DNA of 64,000 nucleotides from an uncultured Acidobacteriota bacterium (GTDB taxonomy: Bacteria > Acidobacteriota > Thermoanaerobaculia > Gp7-AA8). The position numbers and the translations under genes are program-made. The stretch spans positions 512,001 to 576,000 of the forward strand of contig CAVUKB010000004.1 in NCBI GenBank assembly GCA_963741955.1, read 5' to 3'. The notes beneath the pieces were generated by a model. The model saw only the letters and a list, made by a program, of their open reading frames with translations. It was not told the origin of the DNA and did not search any database. Positions within the stretch are counted from its first letter, which is position 1; each line of letters opens with the position of its first letter. Shown here piece by piece: positions 47,175 to 57,779 of this stretch.

Positions 47175-47681
47175 ATGTCGGAAATCAACTTTTTGCAAGA
47201 AGTACGCCTTTTCGGAAGGATGAGCGAGGCGGATCTCGGACGCATTGCGAAACTTGCCGAACGGCGCGAGCTCGCGCCGGGGGAGCTGGTTCTCGCCGAG
47301 GGCGATTCGAACGACGCCCTGCACGTCCTTCGGGAAGGGCGGGTGAGGGTCACGCGTACAGTCGACGGTGACACGCTGGTTCTGTCGGACCTCTCCCCGG
47401 GAGCGACGTTCGGCGAGCTCTCGGTCCTCGGCGGACGCCCCGCGGCGGCCAGCCTCCACGCCCTTCCGAGATCGGTCGTCCTCTCGTTTCCTGCTCCCGC
47501 GCTCGAGCGTTTCCTCGGCGAGACTCCAGCCGCGGCGGCGTGTTTCTGGCGCGCGCTCGCGCTCGAGCTGGGCGAACGACTCCTCAGGACGAACGACGTG
47601 GTCCGCTCTTACTTCGCAGCGAACCGTACCCTTCTCGAAAATCCTTCGTTCCGCGATGCATGGACCGATTCGAGCCGGTGA
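47175..47681 (+). CDS. Cyclic nucleotide-binding domain protein (no HTH)
   Basis: GGAGG RBS; GELVLAEGD...LHVLREGRVRV...GATFGELSVL; ends after the C-helix. Confidence 0.85.
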   Translation: MSEINFLQEVRLFGRMSEADLGRIAKLAERRELAPGELVLAEGDSNDALHVLREGRVRVTRTVDGDTLVLSDLSPGATFGELSVLGGRPAAASLHALPRSVVLSFPAPALERFLGETPAAAACFWRALALELGERLLRTNDVVRSYFAANRTLLENPSFRDAWTDSSR

Positions 47682-47906
47682 TCTGCTTCGCAGCAGGCCG
47701 CGGTCCTGCTGCCCAGGCTCCCGGCCTGCGGTCCTCGGGCTTCTCCTGCAAGCCGGGAGCGGGTGCTTGAAACGCGGTTCTGCACGCGAGCCAGGGAGAG
47801 ACCGGATCACCCACGCCACTCTCCTCTTGGTCGCCGCCCTCCGCTCCTGTACCATTCACCCGATGAATCGCCTGGGTGGGAGCGTGAGCTCCGAGGATGG
47901 GGTGCG

Positions 47907-49271
47907 ATGCCGCAGATGACTCCCGGCGTAGCTCCGCCGTTCGACCAGGGCGTCTTTCTGATGCATTACAACCGGGGGAGGGAGGCGTTCCAGGAAGGGC
48001 GGTACGCAGAAGCGCGGAAGGAGCTCGAGATCGCGCAGCGCTTCCGTCCCGATGATTCGGACGTGCTGAACCTCCTCGGCCTGGTCTACTTCAAGACCAA
48101 TGCGTTCCCCGAAGCGGAAGTGATCTACCAGCGCCTGGTCCAGGAGAATCCGAGCGTCTTCATTCTCCATTCGAATCTGGGGCTGATCCTCTTCAAGCAG
48201 GGAAAACTCGAGGAGGCGGAACAGTATCTCCTCCGGGCCGTCGAGCTTCGCCCCAACTACTCGAAGTCCCATCTCTATCTGGGACTCCTCTACCGGCAGC
48301 GGAAGAAATTCGGCCTCGCTCTCGAGCATCTCCAGTTCGCCGGTGCGGAGAAGGCGGTCCGGGAGATCCAGAGCGAAATGCAGTCGCAGACGCGGGGAGC
48401 TCCAGCCGCGCAGGCCCCGCCTCAGCCGAACGCGCGTCCGGCGAGCCCTCCCGCTCCGGTCGCGGCTCCCCCTCCGGCGGCCTCTTCGCCGATTCGAAGA
48501 CCTGGCCCTTCCGAGACCCAGCGAGGCTCGGAAGTGAACCCGCGGGTGACTCAGGAGCACAAACTCGCGGCGAGGGCCGAACCCGCTCCGGCGCTTCCGC
48601 CGATTGCCGCGACCCAGGCCGCGCGCAAACTGCAGGAGGCGGTCGATGAGACGCCTCAGGCGGAACAGCCGCGGATCGACCTCGGGCGGAAGATCGAGAG
48701 CGCATCGCGCACATTCGCCCTCCATGAGAATGGATTCCTGGAGATCAACTTCCGAAGAAGCGTGTACGTGAAGAAGGGTACGGTCTCGAGTTACACGGGA
48801 AATCTCCGCTTCGCGGCCGAGTCCGGACTTCTCGGGACCACTGCGGCAACGCTGGTAAAGGCCGAAGGGCACGGGAAAGTCTTCGCGTACGAAAAGGGGA
48901 GGAAGACCTTCCTTCTCGATCTGAGCGACGAATTCATTTACGTGGAAGGAAGCAACCTCCTGGCGATGGAGGATTCTCTCTCCTACCGCGTCGAGCCGAT
49001 CTACGACAGCACGTACCAGCAGAAGATCGACACGCTCAAGATCTTCGGGAAAGGCTCGCTCGCGATCTCGACTTCCATCGAGCCGCTCACGCTCCGCGTT
49101 ACTCGCGAATACCCTCTCTCGATCTCCGCCACATCACTCGTCGCCTGGACGGGAAACCTCATTCCCAACGTTCTGGAAGACTCGGATCTGGGGAACGTGA
49201 TGATCGACACGAACGAGCAGTCGTTCAAGATTCGATTCGAGGGCGACGGGGTCGTGGTGGCGGAGCAGTGA
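47907..49271 (+). CDS. TPR + Pro-rich linker + AIM24-like domain protein
   Basis: About four TPRs (LNLLGLVYFK, HSNLGLILFKQG, HLYLGLLY), low-complexity linker, C-terminal beta domain ending FEGDGVVV. Confidence 0.75.
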   Translation: MPQMTPGVAPPFDQGVFLMHYNRGREAFQEGRYAEARKELEIAQRFRPDDSDVLNLLGLVYFKTNAFPEAEVIYQRLVQENPSVFILHSNLGLILFKQGKLEEAEQYLLRAVELRPNYSKSHLYLGLLYRQRKKFGLALEHLQFAGAEKAVREIQSEMQSQTRGAPAAQAPPQPNARPASPPAPVAAPPPAASSPIRRPGPSETQRGSEVNPRVTQEHKLAARAEPAPALPPIAATQAARKLQEAVDETPQAEQPRIDLGRKIESASRTFALHENGFLEINFRRSVYVKKGTVSSYTGNLRFAAESGLLGTTAATLVKAEGHGKVFAYEKGRKTFLLDLSDEFIYVEGSNLLAMEDSLSYRVEPIYDSTYQQKIDTLKIFGKGSLAISTSIEPLTLRVTREYPLSISATSLVAWTGNLIPNVLEDSDLGNVMIDTNEQSFKIRFEGDGVVVAEQ

Positions 49272-49400
49272 CCGATCTGCTCTGAACCGGTCGGGCCGTC
49301 GGTGCGCCGACGAGGATTCTTCAGGAGCGGCGTGGTCGGGACGAGCTCACGAATTGCGCAATTCGCGAAAATCGCGCCAATGAGATCAGGGCAGCGAAGT

Positions 49401-49685
49401 CTATTCGTCCGGTGGCTCGTCCATCGGCTCGTCTTCGTACAGCCGCCCGCCAGCGATCACCCGGGGCCATCGCTCGCCTCCGTCGGCCATCGTCACGCCG
49501 AGCCGGGGAGAGATGAAGGTGTGGTCGTCCGGGGCGGGAAGTGGCGGGGGTGGGGCGCTTCCACGAAGCGGCTCGGGGCGGGAACGCCTGCGCAGGGAGA
49601 TCGTCGCGAGTCCCAGAACGGCGCCGAGGACTGCGGCCGACGTCGCGAGAAAGGGAACGTCGAAGAAGGAGAACGGATCCGGCAC
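49401..49685 (-). CDS. Small hypothetical membrane protein
   Basis: GGAGG-6 nt-GTG; single TM helix FLATSAAVLGAVLGLATISL followed by RRR and an acidic tail. Confidence 0.55.
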   Translation of the reverse strand: MPDPFSFFDVPFLATSAAVLGAVLGLATISLRRRSRPEPLRGSAPPPPLPAPDDHTFISPRLGVTMADGGERWPRVIAGGRLYEDEPMDEPPDE

Positions 49686-50046
49686 GTCGAACCTCCACGA
49701 GACTCTGTGCAGCCGTCGGTCTCGTCTCCATCGGTTCCAATAGGCGTGCCACGGCGCTGTTCGCGCGCAATCGTCTGAAGCGAAGCTACTTACGGGGTCA
49801 GGAGGTCAGTTTGGAGCTGGCCGGCCGTTGCGATTCCCTACAGACTCGTCGGAATTTCCCTCGGGCGTCTGGACGGAGGCTCCGTCCGAGACTCGAGCAT
49901 CCGGAAATCGCGAGGAGACATCGACGAGGCAGACACCGAAAGCGTTGCAGCGAAGTGGCGTGACTTGAAGCGAAGTGATGGGTACCATGAGGAGAGAGCC
50001 TCGTGACCGCCCGATCGTCCTCACGCCCGAATCTCGAAAGGTCTTC

Positions 50047-53000
50047 ATGGTGAAGGCCGGATTGGCGGGTTCAGCCCGTCCAAGGATTCTCTTCGCCGTC
50101 GTTTCGGTGGTCATCTTCATCGTCGGATTCCCGCTTTTCGCCCTCGATCCATCCCGTGCCGCCTCCCAGTTCACCCGCCGGCGCTGGTCTCTCGAGCAGG
50201 GGTTTCCTCAGGCATCCGCGAACTCCATCGTTCAGGATCCGGACGGATATCTCTGGATTGCGACATTCGGAGGTCTGGTCCGCACCGATGGGGCGAGCGT
50301 CGACGTCATCGATGCGCCGGGCCGCTGCAGCCCGCGCCTTCTCGCCGTCGGAGTCGATCATCATGGTGCGCTCTGGGTGGGCACCGAGCGTTCCGGGCTC
50401 TGCATCGAGCGCGACGGCGTGCTCACCGCGTTCAATCCTCCCGACCGGAAGGAGATCGGAGGCGTCTCCTCGATTCGCGCGTCGATGCGCGGCGGAATCC
50501 TCGCCGGCACCGGGCACGGCCTGATTCTCGCGGGTGACGGCCATTTTCGGAGGTTCACCGTGGCCGAGGGCCTCCCTCACGACGACGTCCTCTCGTTCGA
50601 AGAGCGTCCCGACGGATCGACCTGGGTCGGTACCCTCCTCGGACTCTGCATCCTTCGAGATCAGCACTGTACCGTCCCGTCATGGAGTGCGCCGTTCGGT
50701 GGCCAGATGGTCCAGGCGATCCATCACACCGCGGATGGTACGGGATGGATCGGGACTGGTGGCGGTCTCTATCGCGTGCGTGGGAATGAGTGCACTCTGG
50801 TCGATACGCACTCGAACGGAAAGGTGACCTCGATCCTCGAGGACCACGACGGAGGTCTCTGGATCGGTCTCGACCCGGGCGGAGTTCGGCGAGTCCTGCC
50901 GCGGCTCGAGGAGGTCACCGGTCTGGACCAGCGCACCAGCGATTCGGTGAGGGACCTCGCGGAAGACCGGGAAGGGAACGTCTGGATCGGGACGGCCGGA
51001 GACGGGGTGGTGAAACTGAGCGAGGGAGCGGCGGTCGGGCTCGAGATCCGGGAGGGGGAGGACGTCGTTCCGGTTCTTCCGGTGATTGCGGAGGGGGGCG
51101 GCCGCGCCTGGGCGGGAACGGTCTGCCACGGACTGGCGCGCATTACGCCCGAAGGGACGCGGCTGTTCGGAAAGCGGGACGGTGTGAATCCGTGCGTCTG
51201 GTCTCTTCTTCTCGACCATCGCGGCACTCTCTGGATCGGAAGTTACGGAGAGGGTCTCTACTGGCGGACGCCGGACGGCAAATTCCATCGAGCGGGAGGA
51301 CCGGCGACCCACGAGAAAATCGTCCGCGCTCTGGCGGAGGAGAACTCGCGCGCAATCCTGGTGGGGACGGATCAGGGGCTCTTCCGGTTCGATCGCTCCA
51401 GCCACGCGTTCTCCCTCGTTCCCGGCACGGGAGAGCTGGACATCTTCTTCGTCGATGTCGATCCGGACGGCACGATCTGGATCGGGAGCCGGGAGGGAGT
51501 GCGGTCTATTCGGAACGGTCGGATCGACTCGATCGGCATGAAAGAGGGGTTGTCGAGCGATTTCGTGCGCGCGATCCATCGAGACGAGAGGGGAGTGCTC
51601 TGGATCGGAACGTACGGCGGAGGGCTGAACCGGATCGAGGGGAAGCGCGTGTTCGTCTACGGCGCGCGGCAGGGGCTGGCCGACTCGGTGGTCTCGAGCA
51701 TCATCGAGGATGCGGAAGGACGCTTCTGGATGACGGGGAACCGCGGAGTGACCCGGGTATCACGCGAGGCTCTCGATGCCGTGGCGGACGGCGCGCGCGG
51801 CCGCGTCGACGCAGATCTGTTCGACGTCACTGACGGGATGCCGGCGACCGAGACCAACGGCGGTGGCCAACCCGCAGGCTCGCTCGATCCGGACGGCAGG
51901 ATCTGGATTCCCACCCTCTCGGGATTCGCGATCTTCGACTCCCGCCAGGAGCTCAGAAACGGCGTCCCTCCTCCCGTACGCATCGAGAAAGTGATCGTCG
52001 ACGGTCGGATGGTGCAACGGCCGGAACGGGGTTTCGTTCTCGAGTCGCAGGCGAGAAATCTCGAGATCCGGTATACCGCGCTCTCTTTCATCGCTCCCGA
52101 AAAAGTCCGCTTCCGCTACCGCCTGGAGGGATTCGACCAACGCTGGGTGGACGCCGGCAACCGCCGGGTCGCGTATTACCCGTACATTCCTCCGGGACGA
52201 TGGCGATTCCATGTAGTGGCCGCGAACGAGGACGGCGTATGGAATCGGGAGGGGGCAGCATTCTCGTTCGAGATGCACCCGCCGGTTTTTTCGACCTGGT
52301 GGTTCTGGGTCCTCGGTGGTCTTGGCGTCGCCGCCCTCGTCGCCATCGCGGTAAGGGTACGGATCTCGGCGATCGCGCAGCGTCAGTCGGACCTGCAGCG
52401 CGAGGTCGCGAACCGGACCGCCGAGCTGGCGCGGCTCTCCGAGCTGACGGAGTTGATCAACGAGGCAGTCACCATCGAGGACGTGCTCGATCATCTCTAT
52501 GACAACCTCCGTTCCATCATTCCGTACGACCGGATCGGCCTCGCGCTCCTCGACGAGGATCGGGTCATCCTGCGGGCGGTCTGGTCCCGGGGAGAAAAGC
52601 CGCCGGTCGGAATCGATCGGGGATACGAAGCTCCTCTGGCCGGCAGCAGCCTGGAGAAGATTCTCCAGAGTGGGCGTCCCCGGATCATTCCCGATCTCGA
52701 ACAGTACCTGGTGGAGAATCCCGATTCGGAAAATACGCGGCGAATCGTCGCGGAAGGAATCCGCTCGAACCTGACCTTCCCTCTCACGGCGCTCGGTGCG
52801 CCGGTCGGGTTCATCTTCTTCTCCAGTTCGGAGCGCGACGCGTACAAAGAGAAACACGTGCAGTTCCTCCGCGAGATCGCGGGACACCTCTCGCTGGTGG
52901 TCGGGAAGTCGAAAATCTACGAAGATCTTCTGGCCACGAAGGCCCGGCTGGAGGAGGCGAACCGCAATCTGGAACGGCTGGCGACGGCAGACGGCCTGAC

Positions 53001-53511
53001 CGGACTCGCCAACCGCCGGGCGTTCGACGAGCGGCTCGACACGGAATGGCGGAGAGCGACGCGAAGTGGAGCACCGCTCTCGTTTCTCCTCATCGACGTC
53101 GACTTCTTCAAGGGTTACAACGACCGGTACGGGCATCTCGAAGGTGACGACTGTCTCCGCACCATCTCCACGGCGCTTGCGGCATCCCTCCGTCGCGTCT
53201 CCGACTTCGTTGCCCGATACGGGGGCGAAGAGTTCGGCGTGATTCTCTCCGACTGTGATCTCGACGGGGCTGCCGCGGTCGCGGAAAACGTCCGCGCGAC
53301 GGTGGAGCGACTCGGCATACCGCACGCCGACTCGGGAATCAGCCACGCGGTCACCATCAGCGTGGGAGTGGCGAGCATCTTCCCCACCGCAGGGAAACCA
53401 CCGGAGGAACTGGTGAGCCTCGCCGACCGCGCGCTCTACCAGGCGAAGCGTCGCGGAAGGAATCGCGTGGTCGTCCTGAGCGAAGGGGAGATCAGTCAGC
53501 AGCAGACCTGA
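50047..53511 (+). CDS. Membrane-bound diguanylate cyclase: two-component regulator propeller + Y_Y_Y + TM + GAF + GGDEF
   Basis: Repeated DxxGxLWIGTxGGL blades, FRYRLEGFD...YPYIPPGRWRFHV, GAF region, DGLTGLANRR, I-site RVSD and active site GGEEF; start may be 49978. Confidence 0.92.
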   Translation: MVKAGLAGSARPRILFAVVSVVIFIVGFPLFALDPSRAASQFTRRRWSLEQGFPQASANSIVQDPDGYLWIATFGGLVRTDGASVDVIDAPGRCSPRLLAVGVDHHGALWVGTERSGLCIERDGVLTAFNPPDRKEIGGVSSIRASMRGGILAGTGHGLILAGDGHFRRFTVAEGLPHDDVLSFEERPDGSTWVGTLLGLCILRDQHCTVPSWSAPFGGQMVQAIHHTADGTGWIGTGGGLYRVRGNECTLVDTHSNGKVTSILEDHDGGLWIGLDPGGVRRVLPRLEEVTGLDQRTSDSVRDLAEDREGNVWIGTAGDGVVKLSEGAAVGLEIREGEDVVPVLPVIAEGGGRAWAGTVCHGLARITPEGTRLFGKRDGVNPCVWSLLLDHRGTLWIGSYGEGLYWRTPDGKFHRAGGPATHEKIVRALAEENSRAILVGTDQGLFRFDRSSHAFSLVPGTGELDIFFVDVDPDGTIWIGSREGVRSIRNGRIDSIGMKEGLSSDFVRAIHRDERGVLWIGTYGGGLNRIEGKRVFVYGARQGLADSVVSSIIEDAEGRFWMTGNRGVTRVSREALDAVADGARGRVDADLFDVTDGMPATETNGGGQPAGSLDPDGRIWIPTLSGFAIFDSRQELRNGVPPPVRIEKVIVDGRMVQRPERGFVLESQARNLEIRYTALSFIAPEKVRFRYRLEGFDQRWVDAGNRRVAYYPYIPPGRWRFHVVAANEDGVWNREGAAFSFEMHPPVFSTWWFWVLGGLGVAALVAIAVRVRISAIAQRQSDLQREVANRTAELARLSELTELINEAVTIEDVLDHLYDNLRSIIPYDRIGLALLDEDRVILRAVWSRGEKPPVGIDRGYEAPLAGSSLEKILQSGRPRIIPDLEQYLVENPDSENTRRIVAEGIRSNLTFPLTALGAPVGFIFFSSSERDAYKEKHVQFLREIAGHLSLVVGKSKIYEDLLATKARLEEANRNLERLATADGLTGLANRRAFDERLDTEWRRATRSGAPLSFLLIDVDFFKGYNDRYGHLEGDDCLRTISTALAASLRRVSDFVARYGGEEFGVILSDCDLDGAAAVAENVRATVERLGIPHADSGISHAVTISVGVASIFPTAGKPPEELVSLADRALYQAKRRGRNRVVVLSEGEISQQQT

Positions 53512-53659
53512 CCCCGATCGCTCCCGGCCGCGGCCCTTCGCTCGGCGATCAGGTAGCCGGCGAAATCATCCTCCTACGACCCGATTGCGCGCCGGACCTC
53601 GTCGGGGTCCGCGATGCTCAACCTCGGTTCCGTTCCGCGGCCCACGCTTCGGGCTCTCC

Positions 53660-55057
<1,398 letters not shown>

Positions 55058-55211
55058 GGAGTTCCTTTCTGAAGCCGATGCGCAGCGGTCGGCCGCCGGC
55101 GAAGCACTGCGCCCGGGTGGAAGTCGGGGGACATGGTAGCGCACTCGCCACGGAATTCCCCAACTCCGGGCCGAAGACTCGTGGCGTTCGCATCCGACGA
55201 CGGTCTCGCGT

Positions 55212-56929
55212 GGGGTGCGGATCATCCGATCCGCCGCGCGAATCGTGTTGTACGCGATGAAGAGGGAAGATGTGGGTCTCGCGGAGCGTGGGTGAATCCG
55301 GCGACCAGCTCCGCTTCTGCCACCGGAACCGTCTCGATCCGCTGTGAACGCGATCGCCGCGGCGGATCAGAGGATCCGCACCCCTATCGATGACGTGGGT
55401 TCCCTGGGGTGCGGATCATCCGATCCGCCGCACGAATCGTGTTGTACGCGATGAAGAGGGAAGATGTGGGTCCCGCGGAGCGTCGGTGAATCCGGCGACC
55501 AGCTCCGCTTCTGCCACCGGAACCGTCTCGATCCGCTGTGAACGCGATCGGCGCGGCGGATCGGAGGATCCGCACCCCACGACGACGTGGGTTCCCTGGG
55601 GTGCGGATCATCCGATCCGCCGCGCGAATCGTGTTGTACGCGATGAAGAGGGAAGATGTGGGTCCCGCGGAGCGTGGGTGAATCCGGCGACCAGCTCCGC
55701 TTCTGCCACCGGAACCGTCTCGATCCGCTGCGAACGCGATCGCCGCGGCGGATCAGAGGATCCGCACCCCTATCGATGACGTGGGTTCCCTGGGGTGCGG
55801 ATCATCCGATCCGCCGCGCGAATCGTGTTGTACGCGATGAAGAGGGAAGATGTGGGTCCCGCGGAGCGTGGGTGAATCCGGCGACCAGCTCCGCTTCTGC
55901 CACCGGAACCGTCTCGATCCGCTGTGAACGCGATCGGCGCGGCGGATCGGAGGATCCGCACCCCACGACGACGTGGGTTCCCTGGGGTGCGGATCATCCG
56001 ATCCGCCGCGCGAATCGTGTTGTACGCGATGAAGAGGGAAGATGTGGGTCCCGCGGAGCGTGGGTGAATCCGGCGACCAGCTCCGCTTCTGCCACCGGAA
56101 CCGTCTCGATCCGCTGTGAACGCGATCGCCGCGGCGGATCAGAGGATCCGCACCCCTATCGATGACGTGGGTTCCCTGGGGCGCGGATCATCCGATCCGC
56201 CGCGCGAAACGTGTTGTACGCGATGAAGAGGGAAGATGTGGGTCCCGCGGAGCGTCGGTGAATCCGGCGACCAGCTCCGCTTCTGCCACCGGGATCGTCT
56301 CGATCCGCTGTGAATGCAATCGGCGCGGCGGATCAGAGGATCCGCACCCCACCAGGACGTGGGTTCCCTGGGGTGCGGATCCTCTGATCCGCCGCGCGAA
56401 TCGTGTTGTACGCGATGAAGAGGGAAGATGTGGGTCCCGCGGAGCGTGGGTGAATCCGGCGACCAGCTCCGCTTCTGCCACCGGAACCGTCTCGATCCGC
56501 TGTGAACGCGATCGGCGCGGCGGATCGGAGGATCCGCACCCCACGACGACGTGGGTCCCCTGGGGTGCGGATCATCCGATCCGCCGCGCGAATCGTGTTG
56601 TACGCGATGAAGAGGGAAGATGTGGGTCTCGCGGAGCGTGGGTGAATCCGGCGACCAGCTCCGCTTCAGCCACCGGAACCGTCTCGATCCGCTGTGAACG
56701 CGATCGGCGCGGCGGATCAGAGGATCCGCACCCCTATCGATGACGTGGGTTCCCTGGGGTGCGGATCATCCGATCCGCCGCGCGAATCGTGTTGTACGCG
56801 ATGAAGAGGGAAGATGTGGGTCCCGCGGAGCGTCGGTGAATCCGGGCGACCAGCTCCGCTTCAGCCACCGGGATCGTCTCGATCCGCTGTGAATGCGATC
56901 GGCGCGGCGGATCAGAGGATCCGCTCCCC
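55212..56929. repeat. Tandem array of nine 192/194-bp REP-capped palindromic units (BIME-like)
   Basis: Unit starts at 55212, 55406, 55598, 55792, 55984, 56178, 56370, 56562, 56756; each bounded by ggggtgcggatcatccgatccgccgcgc ... gcgcggcggatc(a/g)gaggatccgcacccc. Confidence 0.97.
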
Positions 56930-56985
56930 ACGACGACGTGGCTTCCCAGCGCTTGCGACGCGCGACGCGCGGTCTCAGATGCCGT

Positions 56986-57678
56986 TCACGATTCGGTCGG
57001 CATATGCAGGTACATCGACTGGAGCGCGACCTTTCCCGGACCGGTGAAGCGGTTCATGAAGAGGTTGAACCCGCCGAAGAATCCAGTCGAGAGCTTCTGC
57101 GATACGGTCTCCATCTTCACATGGGTGTCCTTGTAGAGCCATCCGCCGGGCTCGACGTCGATCTGTTCGTGCGGCTGGAGAGTCTTCTCGAACACGTTGC
57201 CGTATCCGTGGAGCCAGAGAATCCCAGCGCCGTTGCGAGCATGGAAGCGATCGATGAAGAAGCCCGACCCGCCGAGGAGGATGTTCGAGATCCCCTTCAC
57301 ACGCTCGAAGTCGTAGTCGATGTTCGAGGTCGCGGCGAGGAACTGATGCTCGCGAACGTGGATCTCTTCGCCCTGATTCATGTGGATCCCGAGGATGTGT
57401 CCCGCTCCATCACGGCTGAATGCAATCTCGCCCTGGCCGCTCGCCTCCGTGACGAAGATCTGGATCCCGGCCATCATTCTCTTGAATGCACCCTTCATGG
57501 CCTTGATCCCGATGTTCACCCGCGGATCCTTCCAGAGGAGGATGTGGTGCTCGAAGTACACCGCCTCGTGACTCACGTCGACCGAGAGGACCGGAACGAG
57601 CTCTCCGTCGACGTGATAGGTCACGCCGGCGAACGTCTCTCCGAGAGCCTGGGTAGGGACGAGAACGGGAGCGGCCAT
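56986..57678 (-). CDS. AIM24 family protein
   Basis: GGAGG RBS; GEIAFSRDGAGHI, HQFLAATSNIDY, GGSGFFIDRF, FTGPGKVALQSM. Confidence 0.85.
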   Translation of the reverse strand: MAAPVLVPTQALGETFAGVTYHVDGELVPVLSVDVSHEAVYFEHHILLWKDPRVNIGIKAMKGAFKRMMAGIQIFVTEASGQGEIAFSRDGAGHILGIHMNQGEEIHVREHQFLAATSNIDYDFERVKGISNILLGGSGFFIDRFHARNGAGILWLHGYGNVFEKTLQPHEQIDVEPGGWLYKDTHVKMETVSQKLSTGFFGGFNLFMNRFTGPGKVALQSMYLHMPTES

Positions 57679-57779
57679 GGATGCCTCCTCGATCGAATTT
57701 GATGGTCTGCTCAGGATCTTACGGTCGAGGCGGGTGCCGGGCGCATTACGAATCTGAAATCCGTCGTCTCCGCGCGTCT

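Noticed and set aside
55212-56929. CRISPR array
   Set aside because: Units are ~193 bp and near-identical throughout; no unique spacers and no cas genes.
55384-57047. Repeated short ORFs (MTWVPWGADHPIRR...) in the tandem array as a peptide/RiPP precursor system
   Set aside because: No RBS, frames shift between units because 194 is not a multiple of 3, and there are no modification enzymes nearby.
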